Source: a virus. From it: a stretch of 57,107 nucleotides of DNA. Position numbers and translations under genes: made by a program. The stretch is from UHGV virus genome UHGV-1334481, one strand, 5' to 3'. How positions within the stretch are numbered: position 1 is the stretch's first letter; each line of letters starts with the position of its first letter. Below, in pieces: positions 17,230 to 29,190 of the stretch. The notes below the pieces were generated by a model, which saw only the letters and a list, made by a program, of their open reading frames with translations, was not told the origin of the DNA and did not search any database.

Positions 17230-19016
17230 CGGTATACAGTAATAGACGGTTGAATATTACTAATATTAGTAGGAGGAGTATGTGAAGAGTTTGTTGTTGC
17301 ATAGTCTTCACGATATTTTGTATATATAGGACCAGTTTCATCTGGGTCATATTGACAACCTCCAATAATAACTGATCCATTTTCATCTTCAATTAAAACT
17401 CTTTCATCAGTTTTAGTCGCAGGAAGATTTGCGTTTTCAAGCGTTACTGATGTTGTTCCAACTGTTCCACCGGCAGTGTGTGAAGGATTTCCACTAGAAT
17501 CTAAATCATTATTGTTTAAAGCAAAGTTTGGATCCGTAACATCATCATTCCATCCTACTAAAACTTGTCCTTTACCAAATAATTTCCATGAACCAAACCC
17601 CATATAAGTCACCGGATTATTTGGGTTTATAGCATTTTCATAAATTGAACCTACAGGATAAATGCTATCGAAAATAGATGATATTGAATTATACGTTCTA
17701 GTATAAGAATCAACTTTTTCAACATTTGGCCAACCGATTTTATCAAAATCCGTTAAGGCTACATCACCAGTAACTTCGGTAGATGATCCTTTACTAACAT
17801 AACGGTCATCCGTTAATTCAATGATGTCATCTTTTTCTAAAAGAGTTCCTAAATCATTATTGAACCACGTTATAACGATTATATCGCCTGATTCAAATTT
17901 TCTATCAAATAAAAGACTTGTAGGTTTTCCATCTTCATATTCTATAGAATAATCTGTATTTGATTCTTTCCATTCGCCACCAAGAGATATACATCCTTCT
18001 TGCGTATCTGAATTAGCGCCTTCGCACAAAAACAGAGGATACCCAGCTGTTCCAGCCTGTTGCTGTAAAATTCCATTAAAACGAACCTCAAGAGAATTAG
18101 GATTAATGGGTTCGCCAGGAATTAATCCAAACGCAGAGAATGGAATTGATTTCATCGCCGATAAATCAGTAACATAAATGCTTCCTTCTAAAGAAGTCTT
18201 TGATGTTAGTTTTGAATCTAGTACTTTTATTTGGCGTCTTGTATATGAACTTCTCCATTGTGATACACCATCCATAAATGTTTCAATTTGAACAGTGTCA
18301 CCAATATTACAAGGCTGTCTTAACCTAATATTAAATCCATCAAGAGGAATTAATTCTCCTTCATTTTCCCCTGGAGAGCCAAAGTCGCTGTTTTCACTAA
18401 ATACATCGCCGTAATATAATTCGTTACCGCGATGTTTTACTCTTATGTTATTAACATTATAACTAGTTCCACGGAAAATATCTAAAAAGTCAGTTTGTCC
18501 TTGAACTTCTACTAAAAATTCTTTGCGAGCTACATTACTAATATCTGAACTAATAATTTTATCAATTTGTTTGTTTTTGACATACTCCCAACGTCCTGGA
18601 GCGCAATAAACAAGCTCTAAATCACTAAATTGAATATTAATTTCAACTGACGATGACGACCCTTTAATTGTATCCCCAGAAGCAGCTACTAAAGTAACTG
18701 GATTAATGTTCCATGTTGCAAATACATCCCTAGCTCTAATTACTTTATTATAATCATTAACAGTTCCTTTAGGAAGTTGTAAAGTTACTCTTCCAGAAGA
18801 GGTATTAATAGCGTATGATTTTCCCCACTTAGCTTTTAATGTTTGACCGGATGAAGCATTATAAGTTTTCCAGGCACCGGCTGAATATGGAACATCTCCA
18901 TCGCCAAGTTCATAATAAAGTTCATCAAAGTTTTCATTTATTTTTATACCACCTTTACGCAGGTAGTCACCGGTACCATCATCAACAACATTACCGATAT
19001 TAATATTTTGTTTCAT
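17211..19016 (-). CDS. 10: baseplate wedge protein gp10
   Basis: 601-aa ORF; length and synteny match T4 gp10 (602 aa). Confidence 0.9.
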   Translation of the reverse strand: MKQNINIGNVVDDGTGDYLRKGGIKINENFDELYYELGDGDVPYSAGAWKTYNASSGQTLKAKWGKSYAINTSSGRVTLQLPKGTVNDYNKVIRARDVFATWNINPVTLVAASGDTIKGSSSSVEINIQFSDLELVYCAPGRWEYVKNKQIDKIISSDISNVARKEFLVEVQGQTDFLDIFRGTSYNVNNIRVKHRGNELYYGDVFSENSDFGSPGENEGELIPLDGFNIRLRQPCNIGDTVQIETFMDGVSQWRSSYTRRQIKVLDSKLTSKTSLEGSIYVTDLSAMKSIPFSAFGLIPGEPINPNSLEVRFNGILQQQAGTAGYPLFLCEGANSDTQEGCISLGGEWKESNTDYSIEYEDGKPTSLLFDRKFESGDIIVITWFNNDLGTLLEKDDIIELTDDRYVSKGSSTEVTGDVALTDFDKIGWPNVEKVDSYTRTYNSISSIFDSIYPVGSIYENAINPNNPVTYMGFGSWKLFGKGQVLVGWNDDVTDPNFALNNNDLDSSGNPSHTAGGTVGTTSVTLENANLPATKTDERVLIEDENGSVIIGGCQYDPDETGPIYTKYREDYATTNSSHTPPTNISNIQPSITVYRWIRIA

Positions 19017-19882
19017 TATTGAGCCACCCCGATTTTCTGCGTAGCGATAACTTTAACTGCTGCTCTCATACCGACAGTTGAAGAACTTATAGTCGCTGTT
19101 ACATAATTTGTTTTAATACTAAATGCAATATTAGCGATTTCGTCTTCTTCAGTTTCATTCCCAACTCGCATGACAGCATATTCAGAAGAAATGACCTCTG
19201 AATTAACATTATCCACAAGAATATTTATTTCTGCTGTTTTAATTTTTCTTCCATCTATCGATTGGCACGTAACTAACAATTTAGCCATGTTATATTCAGT
19301 ACGGTGAAATAGTGGAATGTCAACTGATCCAGATGTAGAAATATTCCATGTACCTTCAGCTGGTGATTCCTTTTGTCCAAACATGCTTTCAATAGAATAA
19401 TTCCAAACAGATGTAGAATTATCAGATGAAATACATCGTAAAGTAACTTTACTATATGGGCTAGTTACTACCAAATTACCCGAAACACCTTTGATTGAAT
19501 CAATAGCCTGAATTGTTAAAGGATTAGTAACTGATATTGATCCATTTGAGTTAATAAATTCAACACAGTCGCCAAGTTCGCCTTTTTCAATGATAACTTT
19601 AACACCTACAGTAGAGGTATCAATATCATGTCTAGTGCCAACTTTTACTGGAGTTGCGTACTCTGCTATAGAGTGCTTTTGATAATATCCAGTAGCATGG
19701 ATAATTTGGCCATTTGCTCCAGTGCCATTTGCTACTGCCATTTTGCGCTGATCGCCAAACGCATTATAAATTGCGTTAAAATCACTATTAATTTTATTAC
19801 CACCGTCGAATAAGATATCACCAGTAGAAGCGTTACCAATTTCGCCGGTATCAATCAATTTCTTTGGTTCTTGAATGAACAT
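19016..19882 (-). CDS. 9: baseplate wedge / long-tail-fiber connector gp9
   Basis: 288-aa ORF, same length as T4 gp9. Confidence 0.9.
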   Translation of the reverse strand: MFIQEPKKLIDTGEIGNASTGDILFDGGNKINSDFNAIYNAFGDQRKMAVANGTGANGQIIHATGYYQKHSIAEYATPVKVGTRHDIDTSTVGVKVIIEKGELGDCVEFINSNGSISVTNPLTIQAIDSIKGVSGNLVVTSPYSKVTLRCISSDNSTSVWNYSIESMFGQKESPAEGTWNISTSGSVDIPLFHRTEYNMAKLLVTCQSIDGRKIKTAEINILVDNVNSEVISSEYAVMRVGNETEEDEIANIAFSIKTNYVTATISSSTVGMRAAVKVIATQKIGVAQ

Positions 19883-19906
19883 AGCGGTTTCCTTATGAGT
19901 TTATAG

Positions 19907-19914
19907 TATTTATA
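19907..19914 (-). promoter_or_regulatory. late promoter (TATAAATA) upstream of gene 9
   Basis: Forward tatttata 25 nt upstream of the gene 9 start, immediately after the gene 8 terminator hairpin. Confidence 0.55.
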
Positions 19915-19916
19915 AA

Positions 19917-19942
19917 GAAAAAAGGGAGCCTATGGGCTCCCT
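19917..19942 (-). terminator. rho-independent terminator after gene 8
   Basis: Hairpin gggagcc-tat-gggctccc flanked by an A6 run that is a U-run on the minus-strand transcript. Confidence 0.6.
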
Positions 19943-19946
19943 TAAT

Positions 19947-20951
19947 TTAAAATGTAAACAGAATATTGATTTCTTCTGTTTGATCCATTGCCATGATAAT
20001 AGGTGGCCTATTTTCCATATAAATCATTTCGCCCGAATGCCTCATTAAATCTTCCGGATCATAATAATCCTTTTCAGCTTTAACGTTTGGGTCATTTGGA
20101 TGAACTTTAGCTTCAAGAGGATTGGTGATTATTGATATTTGTCTAAATCCTTTATTTCCCGGTAATGCAGCATCAGGAAAATAAACTGAATCTAAATATG
20201 CTTTAAAACGGATAGTATTTGCCTTAACGCGATAAATTAATCCAAAATCATCTTGTTGCCAAGTGAGATTATCTTCATACCCCCATCTAGTTGGGTCTTC
20301 TTTTAATTCCTCAGGCCAAGGAACTACGATATATTCATTTGTGCATCTATTTATAGATACATCAGGCGGAATCTCAAAAAGATATTCCCAAACATATCCG
20401 TCTCCAGGTTCGATTGTTCCTTCCGCGTCTCCTCGACCTTCAGGAGGAGTCATTGACCTAACAGAAGGAGTCCATTTTCCACCTAACTTAATACATTCAT
20501 CCTTGTCAGTCAAAGATGTTATTGAGCATGTTCCTGTGTCAGGAACATCTAAACAACGATATACTAGCCAGCCTGCGCCTGATTCAGTAGCATTGTAAGG
20601 AGCTGAGTTACATACTACAATATCGTTAATTCTAAATGTGTATGGATCCGGATATCTAGTATCTCCCCAATCTCTACGAGGAATAACCGCATCAAGCATA
20701 GATGGAAGAACCTTTACGGTTCCCATCATATGAGTCCACATGTCAGTTACACCCAATACAGAATCAGTTGGATAAGGTGGAGCAAAGCCCACCTCATTTT
20801 CATTTGATGACCACGGTTCTGATCTTCCAAATGTGATAAAGATAGTGTTTTTATCCGGACCACTCCCAATTGAATTATAAAAATTCAACATTTTTTCTGT
20901 TCTAAATTTTGAAGTAACTATCGCACGATAGATAACACTTGAATCATTCAT
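19947..20951 (-). CDS. 8: baseplate wedge protein gp8
   Basis: 334-aa ORF, same length as T4 gp8. Confidence 0.9.
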   Translation of the reverse strand: MNDSSVIYRAIVTSKFRTEKMLNFYNSIGSGPDKNTIFITFGRSEPWSSNENEVGFAPPYPTDSVLGVTDMWTHMMGTVKVLPSMLDAVIPRRDWGDTRYPDPYTFRINDIVVCNSAPYNATESGAGWLVYRCLDVPDTGTCSITSLTDKDECIKLGGKWTPSVRSMTPPEGRGDAEGTIEPGDGYVWEYLFEIPPDVSINRCTNEYIVVPWPEELKEDPTRWGYEDNLTWQQDDFGLIYRVKANTIRFKAYLDSVYFPDAALPGNKGFRQISIITNPLEAKVHPNDPNVKAEKDYYDPEDLMRHSGEMIYMENRPPIIMAMDQTEEINILFTF

Positions 20952-23900
20952 CTATTTTAACCTGTGTTGGATTTTCAGGGTCTCTTGGATTTCCTATATT
21001 ATCTTTTAGACGTTTATTAACTAAATCCCTAAACTGTGCAAATGTTGTTCCAGATGCGTCAAATAGAGGACTCATTAACTTGCGTCGTTCAGAAGGCAAT
21101 TGACCTTGAAATATTGAATTATTATTTTCAGCATTATAGTCATCAGGAAGAGGATATTTTACACCAGCCATTGGGCCAGGTTCATAAATTGCTTCTCCTG
21201 TTACTGAATCATGTTCAATTTCACCAGTTGGAGTTAATTTAGCTACTCTATCAGCATATTCAGTAGGCAATCCAGAATCCCATTTGTAGTTTTTGTATTT
21301 ATTAATTATAGTCTCTGTGTGTTTAAGAGTTAAACCAACATTAATAAACATCGTTAAAAGGGTAATTGCTATAAATCCAAATCCTACTGGATGAACAAAA
21401 CGAATAACGTCAGATTTCCAGCGAGAAGAAGGTAAATTGGATTTAATTTTCATTACATAATATGATCGGCTTCTATTAATATAGTCTATATTATTTTGAA
21501 GCAAATCCTTTCCTTTAACACCACGAATAATTTCGCCTTCAAAACTCGGAAGTCTTTCTGCTTTAACTTCTTGACCAGCAATTAATCTTCCCAAAAGATT
21601 ATGAATAGTTACGGTCCATTGCAATTTACCATCAGAATAACTTCTTTCTATATAAGTAACATTACATCTTCCTGTAGCTGTATAAATCGTTTGTCCTACC
21701 AAATCTTCAGTTAAAGAATCAGATTGAACGATTATATCGTATTCAGTACCAGCACCAGATTCAATTTCAATTTCAACTTCTTCATTATAAAGAACTTTAA
21801 AAAGAAATTTATATGATGCTTCAATTCCTTTAGTAGAATAAAAATCATAGCTACGTGATTCAAAAAATCTTGCAACAGCATCACGTTTGTCAGCATTTAA
21901 ATAAATGTTTCTTTTATATATCTCTGACCACAAATATTCCCATGCATGCTCTTCTCGTGGATATTTGTTACGAATTAAATTTCGTAAATTGTTATACTGA
22001 GTTCCATATCCATCAGAAAGATATTGAATATATGCTTCGCAAAATGCCTCAAAATTCGAATCTTGTAGTAAATAAGAATCAGGCATCATTGTGCCAATCA
22101 ATGGTCTTAAATCAGGGTCAGCTAATCCATGCTCTTCTTCTGGTGACCAAGGAGTTTCATGCTCTTGGTTTTGTAAAAATGCTTTTAAAAATATTCCAGT
22201 TGGCTTCCAAATTATTTCAACCGTGTCTCTCACTCGATAGTTAAAATCATAATAAGAAATTATTTCACCAGAGGATTTATAAAAAAGCATCCCAGACGCA
22301 TATTTTTTAAATCCCGTGAATTTAACGTTTGGCATTACTATAGTGCAATCGCCGTCATCCCAGTATTCATGAACTAATCTATCTGGCGATGTTTCTGGAA
22401 AATTTTCAATAACTTTAGTATATTTTAAATCTGCATAAACTACCACAGCCCTATTAGAGTTGTTTATCCAGCACCGTGTATTAGACTTTTTAGACCAGTT
22501 AAAGAATGGTTCTGCATAGTATTTCATCGGCTGAGGCGTAAAAGTTTCCCAATCAGACTTTTCATCTGCTATAAATGCCATCATATGATAATGCTTATCA
22601 GCTAACCATTCACGAGGAAATTCATATTTAACGGCACCGATTAACTGATATTTTGCTACAGTTTCAGGGTCATTAACAATATTATCACTTAAAAATTTAA
22701 AATTACTCGAAGATAGAGAAACTAATTTACCATCAGTTGACATATTCGCATACCCAGGTTGAATACGTCTTCTTTCTTCTTCAGTGTTGCCAAAAACTCT
22801 TTTCCACGTTTTTGTGTCATGATTTAAAACATATATTCCTTTATCAGCAGAATCAATTATTTTTGACGTTCTAGGATTAGCATTTAATGTTTCAACTTCA
22901 CCGATAATAAGAGCAAAAACTTTATCACCAATAGAATCCATTTTATAGCATACTGCTTTAGGATTTCCAGTTATAGTCATTGTATCAGGTTCAAATAGCC
23001 TTTCTGAATATGTTGGAGATAATGGATCAGAATCTATAGGTGCATTGCTCGTTTTTATGTATCTAACTTTGTCTCTGGCGACAACGTAAATGTAATCATC
23101 GGTGCAAGTAATAGCTTCAGCTATACGATACACATTTGCAGGTAATGTAGCATAAGTACCAAAGATTTCAACATCAAATCCCAAATGAAGTTGATCACCA
23201 AGTTTAGCGAATGTTATGTACTGCGAACTAAATCTGACATCATCAGCTGACCATCTAACATCAGTAGATTTGCGGCCATAGAAAATCTTGTCGTATCCTA
23301 GAACGTATGTTGTGCTCGCAGATTGGTAATATACAGTCTTAGATAAAGGATATCCTACACGGTCATTGAAGAGCTTTACAGCTTTCCAGGTTTGTCCTTT
23401 ATCATTGGATACTTTAACTACAGGCTGATAGCGCTCAAAAAGATATAGAATTCCTTCTGATTCCATCAAATAAACTCGGTTAATATCCTTACATACTTGC
23501 TGAATAGAACCTTGTATTTCATGATACTCATTTTCACCAATAATAAAATTACTTATTGATGAAACATCAGCATATGATGGGCTGAATTGGAATGATTCAT
23601 TCATCAATGCAGCCATTATAGTGTCATTATTAAAATTAACATAGTCAGAATTATTAAGAGTAAATTTTTCCTGAATGAATTTATTAGCTAATTGCATTTC
23701 AATCATGTTTTGAAATGTATAAGCGTTTGTAGCAAAAGTTTCAAACTCTTCGGTATAAATCCAATCAGACTGCTCAAAATCCTGTGCAGCTGTAGCTACT
23801 CTAATAATGTACGATGTCAATGGATTAGCATTATCAAAAAAGAAGCTGTTATTTGCAGTATATCCTAAGTTAACCCATCTGTATTGATTACTCGGGAGAT

Positions 23901-24042
23901 TTTCCCCCGAGTCTGTTTTTGTCTCAGCGATTTCTACAAAATAGTAGAAATTAGCACCAACGTCATCCCAGCGTACTTGCACCTGATTTGCGGATAACTT
24001 GGAAATTCTGAGACTAGTGACTGAAGGTGCTTTTACTGTCAT
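20944..24042 (-). CDS. 7: baseplate wedge initiator gp7
   Basis: 1032-aa ORF, same length as T4 gp7. Confidence 0.92.
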   Translation of the reverse strand: MTVKAPSVTSLRISKLSANQVQVRWDDVGANFYYFVEIAETKTDSGENLPSNQYRWVNLGYTANNSFFFDNANPLTSYIIRVATAAQDFEQSDWIYTEEFETFATNAYTFQNMIEMQLANKFIQEKFTLNNSDYVNFNNDTIMAALMNESFQFSPSYADVSSISNFIIGENEYHEIQGSIQQVCKDINRVYLMESEGILYLFERYQPVVKVSNDKGQTWKAVKLFNDRVGYPLSKTVYYQSASTTYVLGYDKIFYGRKSTDVRWSADDVRFSSQYITFAKLGDQLHLGFDVEIFGTYATLPANVYRIAEAITCTDDYIYVVARDKVRYIKTSNAPIDSDPLSPTYSERLFEPDTMTITGNPKAVCYKMDSIGDKVFALIIGEVETLNANPRTSKIIDSADKGIYVLNHDTKTWKRVFGNTEEERRRIQPGYANMSTDGKLVSLSSSNFKFLSDNIVNDPETVAKYQLIGAVKYEFPREWLADKHYHMMAFIADEKSDWETFTPQPMKYYAEPFFNWSKKSNTRCWINNSNRAVVVYADLKYTKVIENFPETSPDRLVHEYWDDGDCTIVMPNVKFTGFKKYASGMLFYKSSGEIISYYDFNYRVRDTVEIIWKPTGIFLKAFLQNQEHETPWSPEEEHGLADPDLRPLIGTMMPDSYLLQDSNFEAFCEAYIQYLSDGYGTQYNNLRNLIRNKYPREEHAWEYLWSEIYKRNIYLNADKRDAVARFFESRSYDFYSTKGIEASYKFLFKVLYNEEVEIEIESGAGTEYDIIVQSDSLTEDLVGQTIYTATGRCNVTYIERSYSDGKLQWTVTIHNLLGRLIAGQEVKAERLPSFEGEIIRGVKGKDLLQNNIDYINRSRSYYVMKIKSNLPSSRWKSDVIRFVHPVGFGFIAITLLTMFINVGLTLKHTETIINKYKNYKWDSGLPTEYADRVAKLTPTGEIEHDSVTGEAIYEPGPMAGVKYPLPDDYNAENNNSIFQGQLPSERRKLMSPLFDASGTTFAQFRDLVNKRLKDNIGNPRDPENPTQVKIDE

Positions 24043-26021
24043 TGTGATATAGGCTCCAAATCGATAGTTAAGTATTGTGGACGTAAGTCATTTTCAAATA
24101 CAATCAGTGAACCATCGCGAGTAAAGATAACATCATCGGTTGGGTCAGAATATAATTCAATGGTCTGAACTTCAAATTTTTCAGATGTTAAATTAATTTT
24201 AGCGATATTCCAATAAATCACATCAGCTGGATAATTTATTTCACCGATAACATAGTATTTGTCGCGTCCATCAGAATTTGCTAATTTGTTAAAATCGTTT
24301 CCTGTATATGGACGAATGTTTTTATTTTCTGTAACATCGCCAGAAGCAAATGGACCAATAATAACTTTACCAATTCCTTTAGAATTTCGGTCTGTTGATA
24401 CTATGCGAACGTCATATAATACATCTTCTTCTAAACCAGTATCAGGATTTACAACCTTTCGTCCAGAATTAAATGAAAACGTATTAGATTCCATAGAACG
24501 ATCTTTTATTTGATTATTGTATTTAATACCTGCTTCAGGCGTTTTATAGAAGTTTTGTACTTCACGAACAATTTGAATTGTCGCTGATGAGCCAATGATA
24601 GAATGATCTGCATCATCTACATATGTCAACATCTTAGATTTAGCGAAAGATGAGTTAAAAATTTCTACATCTTCGGTATAATAACGATCAATTTTATCAA
24701 TTATTTGACCTTCGAGCCACTGTTCGGATTCTTGCAGCTTATTTAAAGCATATGTGACTTTTAAATTAGTCTTAATAAAAAGGTAATTAGGAGAAATAAT
24801 TGATGGCGTAATAGGAGCTAAATTATAGTCTTTGAGATAATTTTTAATATCTTCGCGCTGTACAGTAGTTAAATATAGTCCTGATTTAGGTTTAGCGGCA
24901 ATAAATGCATAACCAGGTTTAGTAGAATCAGTGAACGTCTGAACTGCTTGAATAATAGAACCAAATCTCTCTGAAACGAATGTATCATAGTCAGTCGCAG
25001 TTACGCAGCGTTGCTGGGTTTCGCGTTTAATAGTACCCAATTCGCGAATACGTTCAATATCTTCTGGATCGCCGCCGCCATCTGCCCCAACAAAATCTGG
25101 GTCATCGTTTGGATTTTCATTAATGTTGATGACAGTTATATTTGTTAATGTATCTGCATATGAAAATCCGACTGCGCCATTCGCATCTGCACCGTTAGTA
25201 CTGATGTACTCAATAACAATCGTAGAGTTCTGGGTAGGTTTAAGACCTCCAATATAATTAGCGGTCAATGCTCCTTCTGCCGCATTAACAGAAATCTCGC
25301 CTTCACCAAAATAAAACTCAGTATTTCCATCAATAGTTTCACGCATGTAGTAAATTGTTGATGTAGAACCAGCATGAACCATTGACTTTCTTGTCCAGTT
25401 AATCCATTCTGCTCCATCAACGTATAGTTTAACTTGGTTTCTATCTATATTTTTGTCATAAATGATAATAGGTGTTAATTTATCATAAATGATTTCAGTT
25501 CTTACTATACGTCCCTGGGCCAATTTTAAACGTGGAAAATATTGGTTATTTTTATCACGAATAGCAATAACATCTTCGGTAGATACAAAGTTGTAAGGAT
25601 TAACGGAAGTATCCTTTGCATATGCTAAAAAGCGAGTACCACGAGGAATAGTAATATAATTTCTATTCAATGCGTCTGTACAAGTTAGCATAATTTCAGT
25701 TTGAGCAGCTGATTTTGAAGTAGGTAAATATCCATTATCTTGTGCAGCTTGAACTACTGAACTACGTAAATTAGCAGTACGCATAAAGCTTTCATACAAG
25801 GCAGCATTACCAAACTGCTGAATGTACAATGTATTATAAGCCAAAAGGTCACACAGAACGTTTAATCTTGAGCCTTCAAAATCATAATCCAAAAATTCAT
25901 TTTGGCCATTAAGCCATTCAATGAGGTTTTGTTTTATTTCAGCAAATGTACCCCCGACGAATATCTCGGGAATAGCATTTGCTGTTCTTGTTAATTGATA
26001 ATTTACAGGGGTATTTGCCAT
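24039..26021 (-). CDS. 6: baseplate wedge protein gp6
   Basis: 660-aa ORF, same length as T4 gp6. Confidence 0.92.
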   Translation of the reverse strand: MANTPVNYQLTRTANAIPEIFVGGTFAEIKQNLIEWLNGQNEFLDYDFEGSRLNVLCDLLAYNTLYIQQFGNAALYESFMRTANLRSSVVQAAQDNGYLPTSKSAAQTEIMLTCTDALNRNYITIPRGTRFLAYAKDTSVNPYNFVSTEDVIAIRDKNNQYFPRLKLAQGRIVRTEIIYDKLTPIIIYDKNIDRNQVKLYVDGAEWINWTRKSMVHAGSTSTIYYMRETIDGNTEFYFGEGEISVNAAEGALTANYIGGLKPTQNSTIVIEYISTNGADANGAVGFSYADTLTNITVININENPNDDPDFVGADGGGDPEDIERIRELGTIKRETQQRCVTATDYDTFVSERFGSIIQAVQTFTDSTKPGYAFIAAKPKSGLYLTTVQREDIKNYLKDYNLAPITPSIISPNYLFIKTNLKVTYALNKLQESEQWLEGQIIDKIDRYYTEDVEIFNSSFAKSKMLTYVDDADHSIIGSSATIQIVREVQNFYKTPEAGIKYNNQIKDRSMESNTFSFNSGRKVVNPDTGLEEDVLYDVRIVSTDRNSKGIGKVIIGPFASGDVTENKNIRPYTGNDFNKLANSDGRDKYYVIGEINYPADVIYWNIAKINLTSEKFEVQTIELYSDPTDDVIFTRDGSLIVFENDLRPQYLTIDLEPISQ

Positions 26022-26029
26022 TTTAAATC

Positions 26030-26323
26030 CTATTTAATGAATACTTTAGATGATGCCTGAGCCACAGTATCACCGCATGATATTGGATCAGCCATTTGAA
26101 CAGCTTTCTTTCCAGTGACATATACCTTAGAAGTTCTAGGTTGTGTCACTCCGCCATGTGTTTCATATGGCTTTTTAATTTCTGTATGTTCTGTAATTGG
26201 ATCGCCTGCTACGAGAACAGCAATTCCTCCAGTGAATACTTTACTTTGTGTAGCATTCACAACTGTTGGAGGCCATGCTTCATGGCCAGCAGTAACACAC
26301 TTATCATAGCTTAATCCTGACAT
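26030..26323 (-). CDS. 5.4: PAAR-repeat tail spike tip protein gp5.4
   Basis: 97-aa [25 protein letters not shown]...; matches T4 gp5.4 in length and position. Confidence 0.85.
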
Positions 26324-26881
26324 TTATTGCCTCTCATACACGTAGCTTCTCAATTTATTAGCCCAACGACTCCAATTTCCAACTATAGTTTTTGTGTAAT
26401 TTTTAACAAGAGTTTTTCTTATTGGAGCTGGAGGATCAGTTGGTTCAGTGGTATCAGAAGATGACCTAGAATTACTACCAGAACCTCCAGATTCACTTTG
26501 TTCTTGGTAGTCATATATTAATGTTACTTCGTAAGTGAATGTCTTCTGGAGGTTCTGAGGAGCTTTCCATAAATACAATTGGGTATTAGAATCAGTTGGA
26601 AGGTCTTCCCATGAAGCAGCAGTTTTAAATTCATTATCTAAACGATATTTCAACGCATCATTTCCAAATCCAAATACAGATTCATACGTTCCATATAAAC
26701 GATTTTCTTCTACTAAAACTCCAGGAGTTTCTTCGTAACTAGTTATATTTATAGATACTAACGTTTCACCTGTTTCTAATTGAGCGGTAAAGGTGACGTC
26801 GATAGAAGAACCTTCCATGGATTCTCCTAAATCAGCGCTCATTGGAAGTATATTAGCCAATGTCAATCCTCGATCCATCAA
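26324..26881 (-). CDS. hypothetical protein (gene 5.1-like, between 5 and 5.4)
   Basis: 185-aa ORF overlapping gene 5 3' end by 29 nt; position of the T4 5.1/5.3 ORFs. Confidence 0.6.
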
Positions 26882-28580
26882 TTGTGTATTGACCAGATGA
26901 AATAGAGCTCATAGATGCCATTTTTTCCGTCCAATCACCACCAACGTCCCAATCAACTGTCCCAGCAACTTTCCAAGAAAGATTTCCATTTACTGTATTA
27001 GTCTGGTTTCCTTCAACTAAAGTGGTAGCATCTCCTTTAACTGTAATGTCAGCATTACCTTCAACTACAATAGTAACATTACCTTTGACTAAGATAGTTC
27101 CATTACCTTCAACCGTCTTAGTTTCATCGCCACGTACAAATATTGTATTGCTTCCATCTATTTGGTGGAGACGATTATCCATGTTGTAATAAATTTCTGA
27201 CCCACCGACGTTAGTCTTTTTATCACCGGCTACCAAAAAATTACCATCAGCATTTGTTATATCATACAAATTATCAACAGTTTTTCTTGTTCTTCTTCCT
27301 GAGGGTGATACTTCCTCATATGTTCCAGTCGGATGAACTAATCTGTATCGTTCTTGCCCAGGGGTATCATCAAATTCCTGAATATGACCGCTTTCAGTTT
27401 CCATTGTGTGAACATACGGATATTCACCTTTATATGAAGAAACAGGTTCTTTAAATAAAATTCTCGAATCATTCGGAATAGGAGGATCAGCTGGATCAGA
27501 AGACTTTGCTACAGTAGCAGCCATTGCTGACAAAGACCTAGACGGTGTTTTCACTTCAATACCGTATGATTCCAAATTACCTGTAAGAATAATCATGGTA
27601 ACACGAGATGCACGGCCTTTTGTTTGTTGATACCACAATGAATCACGACCAGCTTTATATGCCTTTTCCCAATCTCCGGCTAACATAGCAGTTAACATTG
27701 TGTTAAATTTAGCTACACCGCCAATGCCCATCTGAAATGCCATATTTTCTAATGCCATTTGACGAGAACGATTAACTGCTTGCCAAACTGGGCCAACTTT
27801 AGAATGTGATTTAATGTCACGTTGCATATCAGCCAAATCACGTTCAAATAAAGTTACCGCTTCTTCCATTGTAATAGAACCTGGATTTCCGGTAATTTCA
27901 CGACCAACTTGTTTTGATAAAACTTTATTAATTTGGGTCATATCACGAACTGGCTGCTTCATGATAAGATGACCAATACCAATTGTCGGATATCCTTCAG
28001 TATCCCAATAAACTTTTAGTCTTAATCCTTCATCGCGGCGAAGCATTTCAGCCATTGACATATTTGGATTATCATCAGTTGGAATCTCTGATAGTGGTCT
28101 ATCATCAGGATTTATCGCAGTGTCTAGATTGCTATCTTGGATAATATTAGAAGACGAATCATATCCTACTTCTCCGCCTTGGTTTAATACGTTAGTATCA
28201 TTTCCTAGACGTCTAGGATACTGTCCAGTCGGGTCAGAAAATCCTTCGAGTCTATTAGGCTTTTCGCGAACTATTCCACCATACGTGCCAAGGACAATTC
28301 CGTTAGTTTTCCATTTGTCTAAAAAATGACCATAGACTCTAGTTCCTTCTACCGGACCAGTAACGGAGCCTCCAATTCCAGACATTGCTGCAGAAGTTAT
28401 AGGTTGAATAACTGACATCCACGGTAATTTATCAGTTGGAATACCCATTACATCGCCTTGTGCTCTTTGAGTTGGATGCAGACCAACCACACGAACACGA
28501 ACACGACCTAATTTTAATGGGTCCATTCTATCTTCAACAACACCAACAAACCAATTAAGGTTATTACTTATCATTTCCAT
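26853..28580 (-). CDS. 5: baseplate hub and tail lysozyme gp5
   Basis: 575-aa ORF with internal lysozyme domain (LRRDEGLRLKVYWDTEGYPTIGIGHL) and C-terminal VxGxxxxx beta-helix repeats. Confidence 0.95.
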   Translation of the reverse strand: MEMISNNLNWFVGVVEDRMDPLKLGRVRVRVVGLHPTQRAQGDVMGIPTDKLPWMSVIQPITSAAMSGIGGSVTGPVEGTRVYGHFLDKWKTNGIVLGTYGGIVREKPNRLEGFSDPTGQYPRRLGNDTNVLNQGGEVGYDSSSNIIQDSNLDTAINPDDRPLSEIPTDDNPNMSMAEMLRRDEGLRLKVYWDTEGYPTIGIGHLIMKQPVRDMTQINKVLSKQVGREITGNPGSITMEEAVTLFERDLADMQRDIKSHSKVGPVWQAVNRSRQMALENMAFQMGIGGVAKFNTMLTAMLAGDWEKAYKAGRDSLWYQQTKGRASRVTMIILTGNLESYGIEVKTPSRSLSAMAATVAKSSDPADPPIPNDSRILFKEPVSSYKGEYPYVHTMETESGHIQEFDDTPGQERYRLVHPTGTYEEVSPSGRRTRKTVDNLYDITNADGNFLVAGDKKTNVGGSEIYYNMDNRLHQIDGSNTIFVRGDETKTVEGNGTILVKGNVTIVVEGNADITVKGDATTLVEGNQTNTVNGNLSWKVAGTVDWDVGGDWTEKMASMSSISSGQYTIDGSRIDIG

Positions 28581-29154
28581 AAGATTTCTCCATTATACGT
28601 ATAAGGTCGTTCATAAATGAATTGATGTCTGATTTTGCTATTATTTTTATTTGACGAAGTTTTTCATTTTCAAGAACAGCAGCTTCATACGTATCGACCG
28701 CAGCAAGTGCTCCTTCATATTGAGGATATTTTCTAGCTTTATCGCCTTTGTCATACCAAACATATGGATTATCATCGTATGATATTAAATTATAAAATTT
28801 TTCACCGTTCTCATTCACATGATATACTATTTGGTCTCCACCTACGTTTTTGTATTTTTGTATAGATGCTTGATAAGCAGCTTCTTGCGAAGTAATCCAT
28901 CCATAATACGGATCATAATTATCATTACACATCAATAAAACCCAATACAACTGCTGATTTCCATATATAGCATTTGCTAATTCTTCCGGGCGCGGTGAAC
29001 CTTTAATATAATAAGTACGTAAGCGGTATCCCGCAAGAGCACGTTTGAAATAGTCTTTATAGTTTCTAAAAATATCTGTCATAGGAATAGTCGGCGCGTT
29101 TTTATTCACCGTTTTGGCCGCATATTCAATCGGATCAAAAAATGTAAAGAGCAT
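28564..29154 (-). CDS. 53: baseplate wedge protein gp53
   Basis: 196-aa ORF, same length as T4 gp53; overlaps gene 5 start. Confidence 0.88.
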   Translation of the reverse strand: MLFTFFDPIEYAAKTVNKNAPTIPMTDIFRNYKDYFKRALAGYRLRTYYIKGSPRPEELANAIYGNQQLYWVLLMCNDNYDPYYGWITSQEAAYQASIQKYKNVGGDQIVYHVNENGEKFYNLISYDDNPYVWYDKGDKARKYPQYEGALAAVDTYEAAVLENEKLRQIKIIAKSDINSFMNDLIRIMEKSYGNDK

Positions 29155-29167
29155 GGGCCCTCCTGTT

Positions 29168-29175
29168 TATAAATA
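29168..29175 (+). promoter_or_regulatory. late promoter (TATAAATA) for genes 4-2-3
   Basis: Exact tataaata 27 nt upstream of the gene 4 ATG; AGGAG RBS follows. Confidence 0.55.
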
Positions 29176-29182
29176 TATTATC

Positions 29183-29190
29183 TATTTATA
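29183..29190 (-). promoter_or_regulatory. late promoter (TATAAATA) for gene 53, divergent from the gene 4 promoter
   Basis: Forward tatttata 29 nt upstream of the gene 53 start. Confidence 0.55.
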